From: an uncultured Desulfobulbus sp.
GTDB lineage: Bacteria; Desulfobacterota; Desulfobulbia; Desulfobulbales; Desulfobulbaceae
Length of the DNA stretch: 64,000 nucleotides
NCBI RefSeq assembly: GCF_963662935.2
Contig: NZ_CAXXTL010000001.1
Span: 525,056 to 589,055, forward strand
Direction of reading: 5' to 3'
The notes below the pieces were generated by a model. It was not told the origin of the DNA and did no database searches. It saw only the letters and a list, made by a program, of their open reading frames with translations. Shown here piece by piece: positions 40,081-49,790 of this stretch. The position numbers and the translations under genes are program-made. Numbering within the stretch: position 1 is the stretch's first letter; each line of letters starts with the position of its first letter.

Positions 40081-40806
40081 ATGTTCACGGAATGCCAGGA
40101 CATAACCGTTCATGCCACCAGTTTTGCTCATCAAGGGGGACCGGTATTTTATGCCTCCTTGCCCGGCGATGGCGAAACCGGCACCGGATGCGGGGCGAGC
40201 AGGGCTGTTGACCAGAAGCGCCTCGTCACCGCCCTGTGTAATCACGTGGGGGCGATGGACAATCCCCGCTGGCTCTATCGGCATCTATTCGACCGGGCAA
40301 CGTCCCCCATTCAGGTGGCTCACGGTCCCCTGGGCAGTCCCCAACTTTGGCTGGGAGCAGTTCGAGGTCCCGCCGTCTCCTTCAGCGAGGGAGGCGGAAA
40401 GATCTGGGCCGCTCTTTGCGGGGATGGGTCCGATATCGGCATCGATGTGGCAGCGGACGGCGAATTCCAGGGCAACTACCCATTGCACCGGGTGTTTCAC
40501 GACCAGGAGCTACACCATGCCGGGCGGTTGACAGGCGGAGATCTGGCCAAGGCAGCGGCCCTGCTCTGGTCGATCAAGGAAGCGGTGGTTAAGGCCCTGG
40601 GATGCGCGTTCCACCTTGTGGCGCCGCGACAGGTGCATGTCTTTCCCTCAAGAGGAGGAGGCTGGGGATATACGTTCCCGGTACGCTTGTTGGGAAAGGC
40701 CCTGATGCGGTACCCCCTGGGCGGCCACCGTTCCATATGGGTCCGTTCGTATCCCCTTGAGGGGATGTGGCTGTCCATCGCTCTAGTTCATGGGCAGTCG
40801 CAATAA
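40081..40806 (+). CDS. Sfp-type 4'-phosphopantetheinyl transferase
   Basis: G.P, IGIDVA and WSIKEAVVKA motifs; directly follows the PKS. Confidence 0.88.
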   Translation: MFTECQDITVHATSFAHQGGPVFYASLPGDGETGTGCGASRAVDQKRLVTALCNHVGAMDNPRWLYRHLFDRATSPIQVAHGPLGSPQLWLGAVRGPAVSFSEGGGKIWAALCGDGSDIGIDVAADGEFQGNYPLHRVFHDQELHHAGRLTGGDLAKAAALLWSIKEAVVKALGCAFHLVAPRQVHVFPSRGGGWGYTFPVRLLGKALMRYPLGGHRSIWVRSYPLEGMWLSIALVHGQSQ

Positions 40807-40858
40807 AATGTTGGCGGGAATTCCCGGCTAACGCTCTCTAGAGGCAGAAGGTTGATGC

Positions 40859-41815
40859 ATGATCAAAGAAGCTGAATTTGCCATCGAAGTTGAACTATTG
40901 ACCAAGCGGTACGGCAAGTATCTGGCAGTGAATAACATTTCGTTCAAGGTCAGGAAGGGTGAGGTTTTCGCTCTCTTGGGCCCGAACGGAGCCGGCAAAA
41001 CCACCACGGTCGAGATTATCGAAACCATCCGCAGGCCCACATCGGGACAAGTGCGCCTGCTCGGCATGGACGTCACCAGGAAAAAGCACGCCATCGTTTC
41101 CTGTATCGGGGTTCTTCCCCAGGGGTTCAGTTCTTTTGACCGGATAACGGTCCGGGAAACCATGCAGTACTACTCGCGGCTTTTCGGCAGCCGGCATGTT
41201 GATATCGACGGGTTGATAGCACTCGTCAACCTCACGGACAAGGCTAAGGAGCAATACGCGACCCTCTCCGGAGGTTTGAAGCAGCGCCTCGGCATCGCCA
41301 TTGCGCTGGTGAATGACCCTGAGGTCGTGTTTCTCGATGAGCCGACCACCGGGCTCGATCCCCGAGCCCGGCGCGAGGTGTGGGACGTCATTCTGGGCCT
41401 AAAGAAGAAGGGGAAGACGGTCTTTCTCACGACCCACTACATGGAAGAGGCGGAGTTGCTTGCCGATACGGTCACTATCATCTCCAAGGGCGCAACCATC
41501 GCCATGGGCTCTCCCGATCAGCTCATCGAAAACAATGCCGATTACCTGGTGCTCACCCTCCAATCCGTTGAGGCGAGAGCCCTGGAGATTATTGCCCGGA
41601 TGGGCTTTCGGCCAGACCAGAACACCAACGACCAGACCATCCTGGTGCGGGTGGCACACACCGATGACATCCGGAAAATACTCAACGCCATCCAAGATGG
41701 AGGGGCGTCTTTTCTCAGTATGGACGTGCGCAAACCCAACCTCGAACATGTTTTCTTGAAGCTCACCGGCGAGGCGCTCCATCAGGGCGCTGCCGGCGAG
41801 AAGGGGGCACCATGA
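40859..41815 (+). CDS. ABC-2 exporter ATP-binding protein
   Basis: GPNGAGKTT, LSGG, FLDEPTTGLD and TTHYMEEA. Confidence 0.95.
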   Translation: MIKEAEFAIEVELLTKRYGKYLAVNNISFKVRKGEVFALLGPNGAGKTTTVEIIETIRRPTSGQVRLLGMDVTRKKHAIVSCIGVLPQGFSSFDRITVRETMQYYSRLFGSRHVDIDGLIALVNLTDKAKEQYATLSGGLKQRLGIAIALVNDPEVVFLDEPTTGLDPRARREVWDVILGLKKKGKTVFLTTHYMEEAELLADTVTIISKGATIAMGSPDQLIENNADYLVLTLQSVEARALEIIARMGFRPDQNTNDQTILVRVAHTDDIRKILNAIQDGGASFLSMDVRKPNLEHVFLKLTGEALHQGAAGEKGAP

Positions 41816-42927
41816 ATCTTCGCGTTGTCGGCGCCAATCTGGTGGTGAGTCTCAAGAGTTTTTACCGCGAGAAGACGGCCATGTTCTTCACAACCATGTT
41901 CCCGATTCTCCTGATCCTGGTGTTCGGCACCATCTTCATGGACGATGACAAGCTGCACTTCAACCTGTGCCTGCAGGACCTCGACCAAACCGAAATTTCG
42001 GCGGAGATCGCCAAGGCCCTCGCCGCTACCGGGAAGTTGAAGATAACCAGGGTCGACCCCGCCCTGGAAGCCGCTAAGTACGCTAAAGACAACCAGGCGA
42101 ACCTGGTCCTCGTTATTCCCAAAGACTATGAACAATCCCTCGCGCGATATCTGCAATTGGGCGACCGGAACGCTTTCGTTACCCTCAGGTATGTGTATGA
42201 CCCCAGCTCCAGCTCGGTGGTGGAAAAGATGCAGATCCTCAACGGGGTCTTCGCCGCGATGAACCAGGAGCTGTCCGCAAAGCCGCCGTTCATCCGGACA
42301 GCGGAAGTATCGATCCACACCCGGAAATACCGGTTTCTCGAGTTCTTCATCCCCGGCATCATCGCCATGGCGATCATGACCGAGAGCCTGTTCGGCACCG
42401 TGCATGTCAACACGGAGCTGCGGCAGAAAGGGATCATCCGAAAGCTGGCCACCACGCCCATCACCCGTGCCGACTGGATACTGTCAAATATCCTCCACCA
42501 GTGCATCCTGGCGGTCATATCCACCACCCTCATGCTGCTGGTCAGCTACGCGGTGTTCGGTGTTCAATTGAACATCAACGCCTGGCTGCCGCTTTTCATT
42601 GTGCTGGACGTTTTTTCGTTCGTCGGCATAGGGATGATCCTCACCCGCCTCGTCAAGGAGGCTCAGAGCGCCTCGGCAGCCGCCAATGCCATCATGTTCC
42701 CGATGATGTTCCTCTCGGGGAGCTTCTTCCCCCTGGAGATGATGCCGGACTTCCTGCAGTCGTTCGCCAAGACGCTGCCGCTGTACTATCTCAACGAAGG
42801 CCTGCGGGCATCCATGGTGTTGCACGACAGTGTGACCGCGCTGCATAACGCTGCGATCATTGGGGCGTTCGCGGCTGTGGTCTTCATTCTGGGTCTGACA
42901 GTTACCCAATGGGAGGAGGGGAAGTGA
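41812..42927 (+). CDS. ABC-2 exporter permease
   Basis: N-terminal TM helix, periplasmic loop, FFIPG, FLSGSFFP and LPL; ATGA overlap. Confidence 0.93.
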   Translation: MNLRVVGANLVVSLKSFYREKTAMFFTTMFPILLILVFGTIFMDDDKLHFNLCLQDLDQTEISAEIAKALAATGKLKITRVDPALEAAKYAKDNQANLVLVIPKDYEQSLARYLQLGDRNAFVTLRYVYDPSSSSVVEKMQILNGVFAAMNQELSAKPPFIRTAEVSIHTRKYRFLEFFIPGIIAMAIMTESLFGTVHVNTELRQKGIIRKLATTPITRADWILSNILHQCILAVISTTLMLLVSYAVFGVQLNINAWLPLFIVLDVFSFVGIGMILTRLVKEAQSASAAANAIMFPMMFLSGSFFPLEMMPDFLQSFAKTLPLYYLNEGLRASMVLHDSVTALHNAAIIGAFAAVVFILGLTVTQWEEGK

Positions 42928-43021
42928 GAAGATGGCCCTGAGAGGAAGGGGAAGAACGAACAGTGGAGTTTCGCTCATGGGTTAGGGAAGCGGTTCCCGC
43001 ATTGCCGAACCAGGCATTCGC

Positions 43022-43966
43022 CTAGCGCCTGTGGACCCAATCGCAGCGCAGGCAGGTTGGAAAGCCGCTGTAATCAAGTTTGCCAAAGTTTTTTCTGATC
43101 CCGGTCAGCACCGGCCCGTTCCAGATTTCTCGGATACTCTGGACGTTGACATCACCGACGTCCTGAACGCCATTGTAATCAACGCAACAGGTTACCGCAC
43201 GGCCGTCCCAGAGCACCGACAGGGCTGACCAGGGATAAAAACAGACCGACACGATTTTTTCTCCCACCGGGTTGTACGACTTTCCGCCACCAAAGTTATC
43301 CAACGAGCTGATATTCAGGCAGTCGCTGGCAATCTTATCGGGCAAAGAGCGCCACAGCGATTGAAACTCGGCCGTCTTGGCCCCGTTGGTTTCCTGAGGC
43401 AGGTATTGCAGGATCAACTTCGGATTGCTCTTCTTCAGTTCTTTCCGTATCCGCATAAAATCTTTGATGTTTTGCAGCGCCACCTTGAAGTCCAGTTGTC
43501 GCATGGTGGCGTTATACGAGGCTTCGTCGGTGCCGTAAAAACTGATTTTCATCGCATCCAAACCGGCAAGAATGAGTGATCGTGCTGTCTCGGGGAACAG
43601 GAGCGAGGCATTAGTGACAATGTAGGTTTCTTGTATCCCGCAGGCCTTTGCGAGCTTGATTCGTTCAGGCAATAAGGGATCCAGAAGCGGTTCGCCAAAC
43701 CCGTGCAAATGAACAACGGGTTTTCGGCGCGCGCCGGAGAGTTCGGTCATGATTTTTTCGAATAAGGCAAACTCCATGAAGCCGCGTTTGCGGGTAAGCG
43801 TGTCCCGGGGACACATAACACACTGTGCGTTACAGCAGTTGGTATTCTCGATCAGGAGTTGCGAGGGCCAGGGGAGGTGGAAGCGGTAGTAGGGATAATA
43901 AAGCAGAGGGGTTCTGGCCAAAGACAGCAGGAACCTTGCAATTTTGTCCCGTGCATTGAGAATCAT
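43022..43966 (-). CDS. Radical SAM/SPASM(twitch) enzyme
   Basis: CNAQCVMC, GFGEPLL, TNA and a C-terminal CFYPW...CCVD...GDV...IWNG...CLRC. Confidence 0.92.
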   Translation of the reverse strand: MILNARDKIARFLLSLARTPLLYYPYYRFHLPWPSQLLIENTNCCNAQCVMCPRDTLTRKRGFMEFALFEKIMTELSGARRKPVVHLHGFGEPLLDPLLPERIKLAKACGIQETYIVTNASLLFPETARSLILAGLDAMKISFYGTDEASYNATMRQLDFKVALQNIKDFMRIRKELKKSNPKLILQYLPQETNGAKTAEFQSLWRSLPDKIASDCLNISSLDNFGGGKSYNPVGEKIVSVCFYPWSALSVLWDGRAVTCCVDYNGVQDVGDVNVQSIREIWNGPVLTGIRKNFGKLDYSGFPTCLRCDWVHRR

Positions 43967-44057
43967 AGTGCTTCCTTGCGCAATGGGGGTGTTGTCAACT
44001 CAAGCCCAAACGCCAGCCGTTTCAAAGCCAAAGGAAGAAGCGGGACGTTGTTGTTAG

Positions 44058-47000
44058 TCATTTTTTTTGGTGCAGGGCTTCCAGTTCCGGGGCAACGACA
44101 TCCAGTGCTAAGCGGATCTGCTCGGGCGTATGGGTGCAATTGACAAAAAAGCGCAGACGGGCCGAGTTGTCAGGAACAGCCGGATAGACCATGGGCAGGG
44201 CATCGATCCCTTGCCGGAGGAGGGCTTGAGAAAGTCGTATCGCCTTGATGGAATCGCCGACGATCACGGGAATGACAGGGGAGCCGCTGCTGCAGGCACC
44301 GGTATTCAGGCCTCTTTCCCGGGCGAGCCTGAAAAAAAGGCCAGAGAGCTCGTGCAGACGTGCCACCCGTTGGGGTTCCTTCTTGAGCAGGCGAATGGCG
44401 GCCAACGCTGCTGCGACATTGGGCGGCGACATGCCCACGCTGTAGACAAAACCCGGCGCCGTGTATTTCAGGTATTCGATGAGGGCTCCGGACCCGGCAA
44501 TGTATCCCCCGCAACTGGCAAAGGATTTGCTCAAGGTGCCCATCCACAGTTCCACCTCGGCAGGATTGATGCCAAAGTGCTCGCCGATACCCCGGCCATT
44601 TTTGCCCAAGATGCCGATGGAATGAGCCTCGTCGACCATGAGAAAGGCGCCGTGCCGCTTTTTGACCTTTATGAAGGCAGGCAGTTCCGGGATGTCGCCA
44701 TCCATGCTGTAGACGCCTTCAATCACAACGAGGGCGCGGCGGAAATGGGGGCGCGACTCTTTGAGAATCTTGTCCAGAGCCCGCCAGTTATTATGCGGAA
44801 AAGAAAGATGCGTTGCCTGGGAGAGCTGGCATCCCTGGAGAACGCTGTTGTGGATCAGGGCATCATGCACGATGAGGTCGAGTTTGCCGAACAGATGGCC
44901 GATCGTGGTCACGTTGGTGGCATGCCCGCTCACAAAAACCAGGCTGTCTTCCGTTCCAATCAAACCGGCAATTTCTTTCTCAATTTCACGATGCAGTGGT
45001 CGTTGGCCTGAAGCAATACGGCTTGCCGAAACCGAGGTGCCGTAGCGGTCGATGGCTTCTTTGGCCGCTTGCGAGATGACCGGATCTCCGGACATCCCCA
45101 GGTAATTGTACCTGGAGAATGTGATGTTCTCTCGACATGTTGCATTGGTCCCCCTGGAATTTTCCCCCTCGTGTTCCCTGAAGTATGGGTTGTCGATACC
45201 TCGCGTTTTCATTCCCAGCAAGATCTGCTGCAGGTTCCGGTATTCGGGGAAATCCACAAACGGCAAACACTCAGGTTGCACATCACGAGCTTTTTTATGG
45301 GCGCAGATCCTTTCCACCGGCTCTCCGGACTGACGGCCGGAGGAAAGCACCTTTGCCAACGGTCCGTCTTTGGTCCAAAGCCCTCCTCCCGACGTCCCCA
45401 ACCAGAGAACATGCGCCGCCAGATCGGCAATGCTCGCGCCCATAAAGAGCGCTTCGACCGGAATCTCGAATCCCAAGTCTTCCTCTATGGCCGTTTTCAA
45501 TTCGACAGCCATCAAGGAATCGATACCCATTGTATTCAGAGGGTCGTGGACATCCACCTTGGAGAACGAAATTTTCAGAAGCACCGACACCATTTTTGCT
45601 ATGGAAGACTGGGTGGCATAGATGTGCTCCGCCGCGTTTTCTGTCTCCAGGTTGTCAGCTTTTTCCCAGGCCTGGAAGGGTGACTCAGACTCAATTTTTC
45701 GCGAGTATCCCACGCACTCGGCAACAACATCCAAATTGCCCTGGATGAAATACTCCCGGCACAGTCGGCGTTTGACCTTGCCACTGGTCGTTTTGGGAAG
45801 ACTGGAGGTCTTGATGAGCACGACGGCGTATGCCTGGATGCCATGCTCTCGGCTGATGCTTTGGCGAATGGCTCCGATGACGGTCTCTGCATCAAGTTTT
45901 CTGATGTATGATCGCTCAATTTCCTGCACCACCACCAGCTGTTCTTCATTTTCGACTTCTACCGCAAACGCCGCCCCGCAGCCGGCACGCAAAGCCTCAT
46001 GGCTTCTCTCCGCGGTCCTCTCGATGTCTTGGGGGTAGTGATTGAGGCCCCGGATAATGATGAGATCCTTGAGGCGACCGGTAACAAAGAGCTGCCCGAT
46101 ATGGATAAAACCCAGGTCTCCCGTGCGCAGAAAGGAACCACCCCCCGTATCGGCAAACCGTGCCCAGAAGGTCTCTTCCGTTTCATCGGGCCGATTCCAA
46201 TATCCTTGGGCAACGCTGGGCCCTGCGATCCATATTTCTCCGATCGTGTCGTTCTCGCATGGAACTTGCTGCTTCGGGTCGACGATAACAATCTCATGGT
46301 CCGCGGGTGTTCCCCCATTGCCGACCAGTTCGAAGTCGTGCTCTCTGTCTGCTGTCGCCAGAACAATGCGGCCGGCTTTCAACGCCTGTGCATCCGCACG
46401 CAGGAAAGTCGGTTCGGAGCTCTTGTTGCATCCGCAGGCAAGAAGGGTTGTTTCTGCAAGACCATAACAGGGGAGAAAGGCTTTTTTCCGAAACCCGCAG
46501 GGTGCGAATGCCTCGGTGAAGCGGCGGAGCGACTCCGCCCTGACCGGCTCGGCACCGTTGAAAGCGACCTCCCAACTCCTCAGGTCAAGACCTGATCTCT
46601 GTTCCGGCGTAATCTTGCGAACACAAAGATCGTAGGCAAAATTAGGCCCGCCACTGGTCGTAGCCTTATAGCGTGAGAGAGCCATAAGCCAGCGTAGCGG
46701 TTTTTGGATAAAATGAACCGGCGAGAGCAGGATTACCTCTGCACCTGCGAAAACGGGCTGGATAATTCCCCCTATCAATCCCATGTCGTGGTACGGGGGC
46801 AGCCAGATGACAGCGCGGATATTCGGTGAATTCCCAAAAACTGCGTGGATGACGGCTGAATTGTGGAGCAGGTTGCCATGGCTGACCATGACCCCCTTGG
46901 GATTTCCCGTGGAACCGGAAGTGTATTGGAGAACAGCGAGAGCGTCCGGACCTAGGGAAGGTTCTTGCCACCCCTTTGCCAGGTCGTCGGGAAGAGTGTC

Positions 47001-47492
47001 GGTTGCTATCCATTTGAGCGACATGAGTCCGGGCGTCTGCTCTATTTGGCCTTGGTACTCTGCCAGAGTAGCGGCCATGGAGAGCGCGACCGTGGCTCCT
47101 GCGTCAGATGCAACTGATCGAAGGTTTGCCAGGAATTGTTTGGAATGGGGAGGGTAGGCGGGCACGGCGACCATGCCCGCACAGAGGCAACCAAAGAAGG
47201 CTGCGGGAAATTCAATGCCCGGAGGGTAGAGCAAAAGGACTCGCTCTCCTGGAGAGATGCAAGATTGGAGATGTGCTGCAATAGCGAGTACCCTCCGTTC
47301 CAATGCACCATAGGTCAGTCTGGTCTCCTGTGATTCTCCATCATTGAGATAGGTGTAGACGGTTTTTTCCCGGTGTTCTTGGACCCTCTGGCGCAGCAGT
47401 TCAATCATGTTCGGCAGCCCAATGGGGAGAATCTTTGCGCTTGAACTGGACTGATGCGCATGACTTGTATAGTTTTTCGTGCTGATGTTCAT
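44058..47492 (-). CDS. Fatty acyl-AMP ligase - ACP - PLP alpha-oxoamine synthase (serine palmitoyltransferase-like) fusion
   Basis: FAAL: LQYTSGSTGNPKG, WLPPYHDMGLIG, CYGLAE and PKTTSGK. ACP: GIDSLM. AOS: NYLG, SASR, HNS, DEAH and GTLSKS. Confidence 0.92.
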   Translation of the reverse strand: MNISTKNYTSHAHQSSSSAKILPIGLPNMIELLRQRVQEHREKTVYTYLNDGESQETRLTYGALERRVLAIAAHLQSCISPGERVLLLYPPGIEFPAAFFGCLCAGMVAVPAYPPHSKQFLANLRSVASDAGATVALSMAATLAEYQGQIEQTPGLMSLKWIATDTLPDDLAKGWQEPSLGPDALAVLQYTSGSTGNPKGVMVSHGNLLHNSAVIHAVFGNSPNIRAVIWLPPYHDMGLIGGIIQPVFAGAEVILLSPVHFIQKPLRWLMALSRYKATTSGGPNFAYDLCVRKITPEQRSGLDLRSWEVAFNGAEPVRAESLRRFTEAFAPCGFRKKAFLPCYGLAETTLLACGCNKSSEPTFLRADAQALKAGRIVLATADREHDFELVGNGGTPADHEIVIVDPKQQVPCENDTIGEIWIAGPSVAQGYWNRPDETEETFWARFADTGGGSFLRTGDLGFIHIGQLFVTGRLKDLIIIRGLNHYPQDIERTAERSHEALRAGCGAAFAVEVENEEQLVVVQEIERSYIRKLDAETVIGAIRQSISREHGIQAYAVVLIKTSSLPKTTSGKVKRRLCREYFIQGNLDVVAECVGYSRKIESESPFQAWEKADNLETENAAEHIYATQSSIAKMVSVLLKISFSKVDVHDPLNTMGIDSLMAVELKTAIEEDLGFEIPVEALFMGASIADLAAHVLWLGTSGGGLWTKDGPLAKVLSSGRQSGEPVERICAHKKARDVQPECLPFVDFPEYRNLQQILLGMKTRGIDNPYFREHEGENSRGTNATCRENITFSRYNYLGMSGDPVISQAAKEAIDRYGTSVSASRIASGQRPLHREIEKEIAGLIGTEDSLVFVSGHATNVTTIGHLFGKLDLIVHDALIHNSVLQGCQLSQATHLSFPHNNWRALDKILKESRPHFRRALVVIEGVYSMDGDIPELPAFIKVKKRHGAFLMVDEAHSIGILGKNGRGIGEHFGINPAEVELWMGTLSKSFASCGGYIAGSGALIEYLKYTAPGFVYSVGMSPPNVAAALAAIRLLKKEPQRVARLHELSGLFFRLARERGLNTGACSSGSPVIPVIVGDSIKAIRLSQALLRQGIDALPMVYPAVPDNSARLRFFVNCTHTPEQIRLALDVVAPELEALHQKK

Positions 47493-47643
47493 TTCTTCCT
47501 TATAGATCAGAGCAACTTGTTGTCATCAAGCCGATCTGAGTCTTTCAATAGTCAACCGTAAAATGCGAAGAAACAAGAAATCATCACTGCATGCAGTTAT
47601 TGCAACGTGTTGTGAGCTATCCTGCTGTATCGATCTCCCTGTC

Positions 47644-47838
47644 TCAGGTCTCTTCCACCGTGATGCAACTCACCGGGCACGAAGCAATGGCCTCTTCAAT
47701 ACATTCTTGATCGCCTCCTTCGGGGGTGCTGACATAGGCCTTATTCTGGACGGAGTCGAAAGTAAAAACATCCGGGCATAATTCAACACACGTTTCGCAA
47801 CCGATACATTCTTCCTGATCTATCCGTACTTCGAGCAT
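47644..47838 (-). CDS. Monocluster [4Fe-4S] ferredoxin
   Basis: CIGCETCVELCP...CP; AGGAGGTGA RBS. Confidence 0.92.
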   Translation of the reverse strand: MLEVRIDQEECIGCETCVELCPDVFTFDSVQNKAYVSTPEGGDQECIEEAIASCPVSCITVEET

Positions 47839-47978
47839 CACTCACCTCCTGAAAAGTGTTGAATTCCCCTTTGAGTGGGTCTTCTCGCTGGTTTTTTTGC
47901 CTGCGTGCTCCGTGGGCGCTTTGGAAGCGAGCTTCGGTCATATCGTCGGCTGTCTCTGCCATTCACCATGGGCACCGG

Positions 47979-48386
47979 CTATGGCGTTCCCTTCTCTCCA
48001 TTCACAAGGCATTCCGATTTTACGCTCCCTTCCTCCTTCATCATCCACACCGTTTTTGCCGGCAAGAAGACTGGAGGCGCAGGACGGCTTTCCGTCAACA
48101 CATCCCTGTACTTGGCGTTTAAGTGAGAGATACTGTGGCGAAGGTTGCTGATGTTTTGTGCGTCCTCTTCGGTTACCCAGCTCAGGTCACTGATCGAATA
48201 GAGTGTTTGTGCGATGTCATCCAAGGCGTACTTGGTGGCAATGCACCATTCGTCGGTGCAGATTTCTCTCTTCGCTTCTCCCTCTTTTAATTTTTCTTCC
48301 AGTGAAGAAATTGATTGTTCTAATTTTTTTAAAAGTTCACATTTTTCATTCACGAAGGACTCTATGAGAATAATATGTCTATTCAT
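47979..48386 (-). CDS. Hypothetical helical protein
   Basis: ATG 48386 after GGAGGA; EICTDEWC...LYSIS segment; no family recognised. Confidence 0.6.
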   Translation of the reverse strand: MNRHIILIESFVNEKCELLKKLEQSISSLEEKLKEGEAKREICTDEWCIATKYALDDIAQTLYSISDLSWVTEEDAQNISNLRHSISHLNAKYRDVLTESRPAPPVFLPAKTVWMMKEEGSVKSECLVNGEKGTP

Positions 48387-48800
48387 ATTTGTCCTCCATG
48401 TGCAGTTTGCGCATCTGTTCACTCAACCCTGCAAGCAGATATGGTTTTGCAACTACGCCTTTAAATCCATAGTTTTTGAAATCAGTCATAACTGGGTCGT
48501 AACAGTAGCCGCTTGAAACGATCACCTTGGCTTGAGGATCACAACTGCAAGAAGCTTCTGTATCGCTTCCTTGCCCCCCATGCCGCCGGGCACATTCAAA
48601 TCCATGATGACGGCGTCAAAGGGCTTGGCCGATTGGCTTGCAGCGATATATTTTGCTAGAGCTTCTTCATCGTTTTGCCCTTTCAACCTGGTACCCGAGG
48701 TTCTCCAGCATGGCTTCGACCACTTGAAGGGTCACCTCCTCGTCATCCATAACGAGTATTTCTTGCGCTGATCTCAGGTGTTTCAGCCCATCTCCAATGT
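48379..48800 (-). pseudogene. Response regulator receiver domain with two frameshifts
   Basis: ILVMDDEE...LGYQV / FDAVIMDLNVPGGMGGKE / AKVIVSSGY...GFKGVVAKPY occur in successive frames; the 5' end is approximate. Confidence 0.8.
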
Positions 48801-48896
48801 TCACCTGGATTGTGACTATGCTGTTTTCCGCACTTCTTTCATAATCTGTCCAAGTTTCTCCGATGCAGCTCGAGTCAGAGACGGCGTGAAAAGCCC

Positions 48897-49406
48897 TTAG
48901 ACCTTGAAAAAAGCGAGCAGGTCTTCATTGACCTGATCCTTGATAGTCGAGCACAGGCCGTGTGGGGCGCCGCGATAGATTTTCAGAGTGGCCTTCTTGA
49001 TGATCATGGACGACAGCAGGGCTGAGGCCCCGATCGGGACGATTTGATCGTCGTCACCATGAAGGATCAAGGTCGGCACGTCCAACTTTTCTAAATCTTT
49101 GGTGAAATCGGTTTCGGAAAAGGCCTTGATGCAGTCGATGACACCCTTGAAACCAGCAGTCATCCCCTGGAGCCAGAACGAATCCCGAAGCCCTTGTGAT
49201 ACGTTCACGTTCGGCCTGTTGGCGCCGTAAAACGGCAGGGTGAGATCCTTGAAAAACTGCGAGCGATCGGCAAGGACATTGGCGCGGATCTCGTCGAACA
49301 CATCAATCGGCAAGCCGCCGGGATTGGCGTCCGTTTTCAGCATCAGCGGGGTCACCGACCCGATCAGGACGACCTTGGCCACACGACTTGTACCGTAACG
49401 GCCGAC
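48897..49406 (-). pseudogene. Non-heme haloperoxidase (alpha/beta hydrolase), C-terminal half only
   Basis: [21 protein letters not shown] and GAPHG; the N-terminus with the nucleophile motif is removed at the IS3 boundary. Confidence 0.88.
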
Positions 49407-49475
49407 TGAAGAGGTGCCGATTATTGAGACAGGTGTATAAGCAATGAACCAACCTATTTTGCAAGGAGAAGTTCA

Positions 49476-49790
49476 ATGTCAAACCCACCTCATCGTCCAC
49501 GTCACAGCGCAGAATTTAAGGCCACAGTAGCCCTGGCCGCACTGTCGGAGTCCAAGACTCTGGCTGAACTGGCTACTGAGTACCGGGTTCACCCGACCCA
49601 GATCACCCGCTGGAAGCAGGATCTGACCAAGAACGCTTCTGAGCTTTTTGGCAAGGGCAAGAAGAAAGAAGTCAACCATGAGGCCGAAGTGGCCGAGCTC
49701 CACCGTCAGATCGGCAAGCTCAAGGTTGAGAACGATTTTTTAGCCAATCTGCCCGGTCTGAACTTGGCCGGGCGCAGAAACAACAGGTGA
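49476..49790 (+). CDS. IS3 OrfA (HTH)
   Basis: SAEFKATVAL, VHPTQITRWK and IGKLKVENDFL. Confidence 0.9.
   Translation: MSNPPHRPRHSAEFKATVALAALSESKTLAELATEYRVHPTQITRWKQDLTKNASELFGKGKKKEVNHEAEVAELHRQIGKLKVENDFLANLPGLNLAGRRNNR

Noticed and set aside
44058-45250. BioF (biotin synthesis) interpretation of the oxoamine synthase domain
   Set aside because: It is fused to FAAL-ACP, no bio genes are nearby, and bCerS/CerR-like neighbours favour a lipid role.
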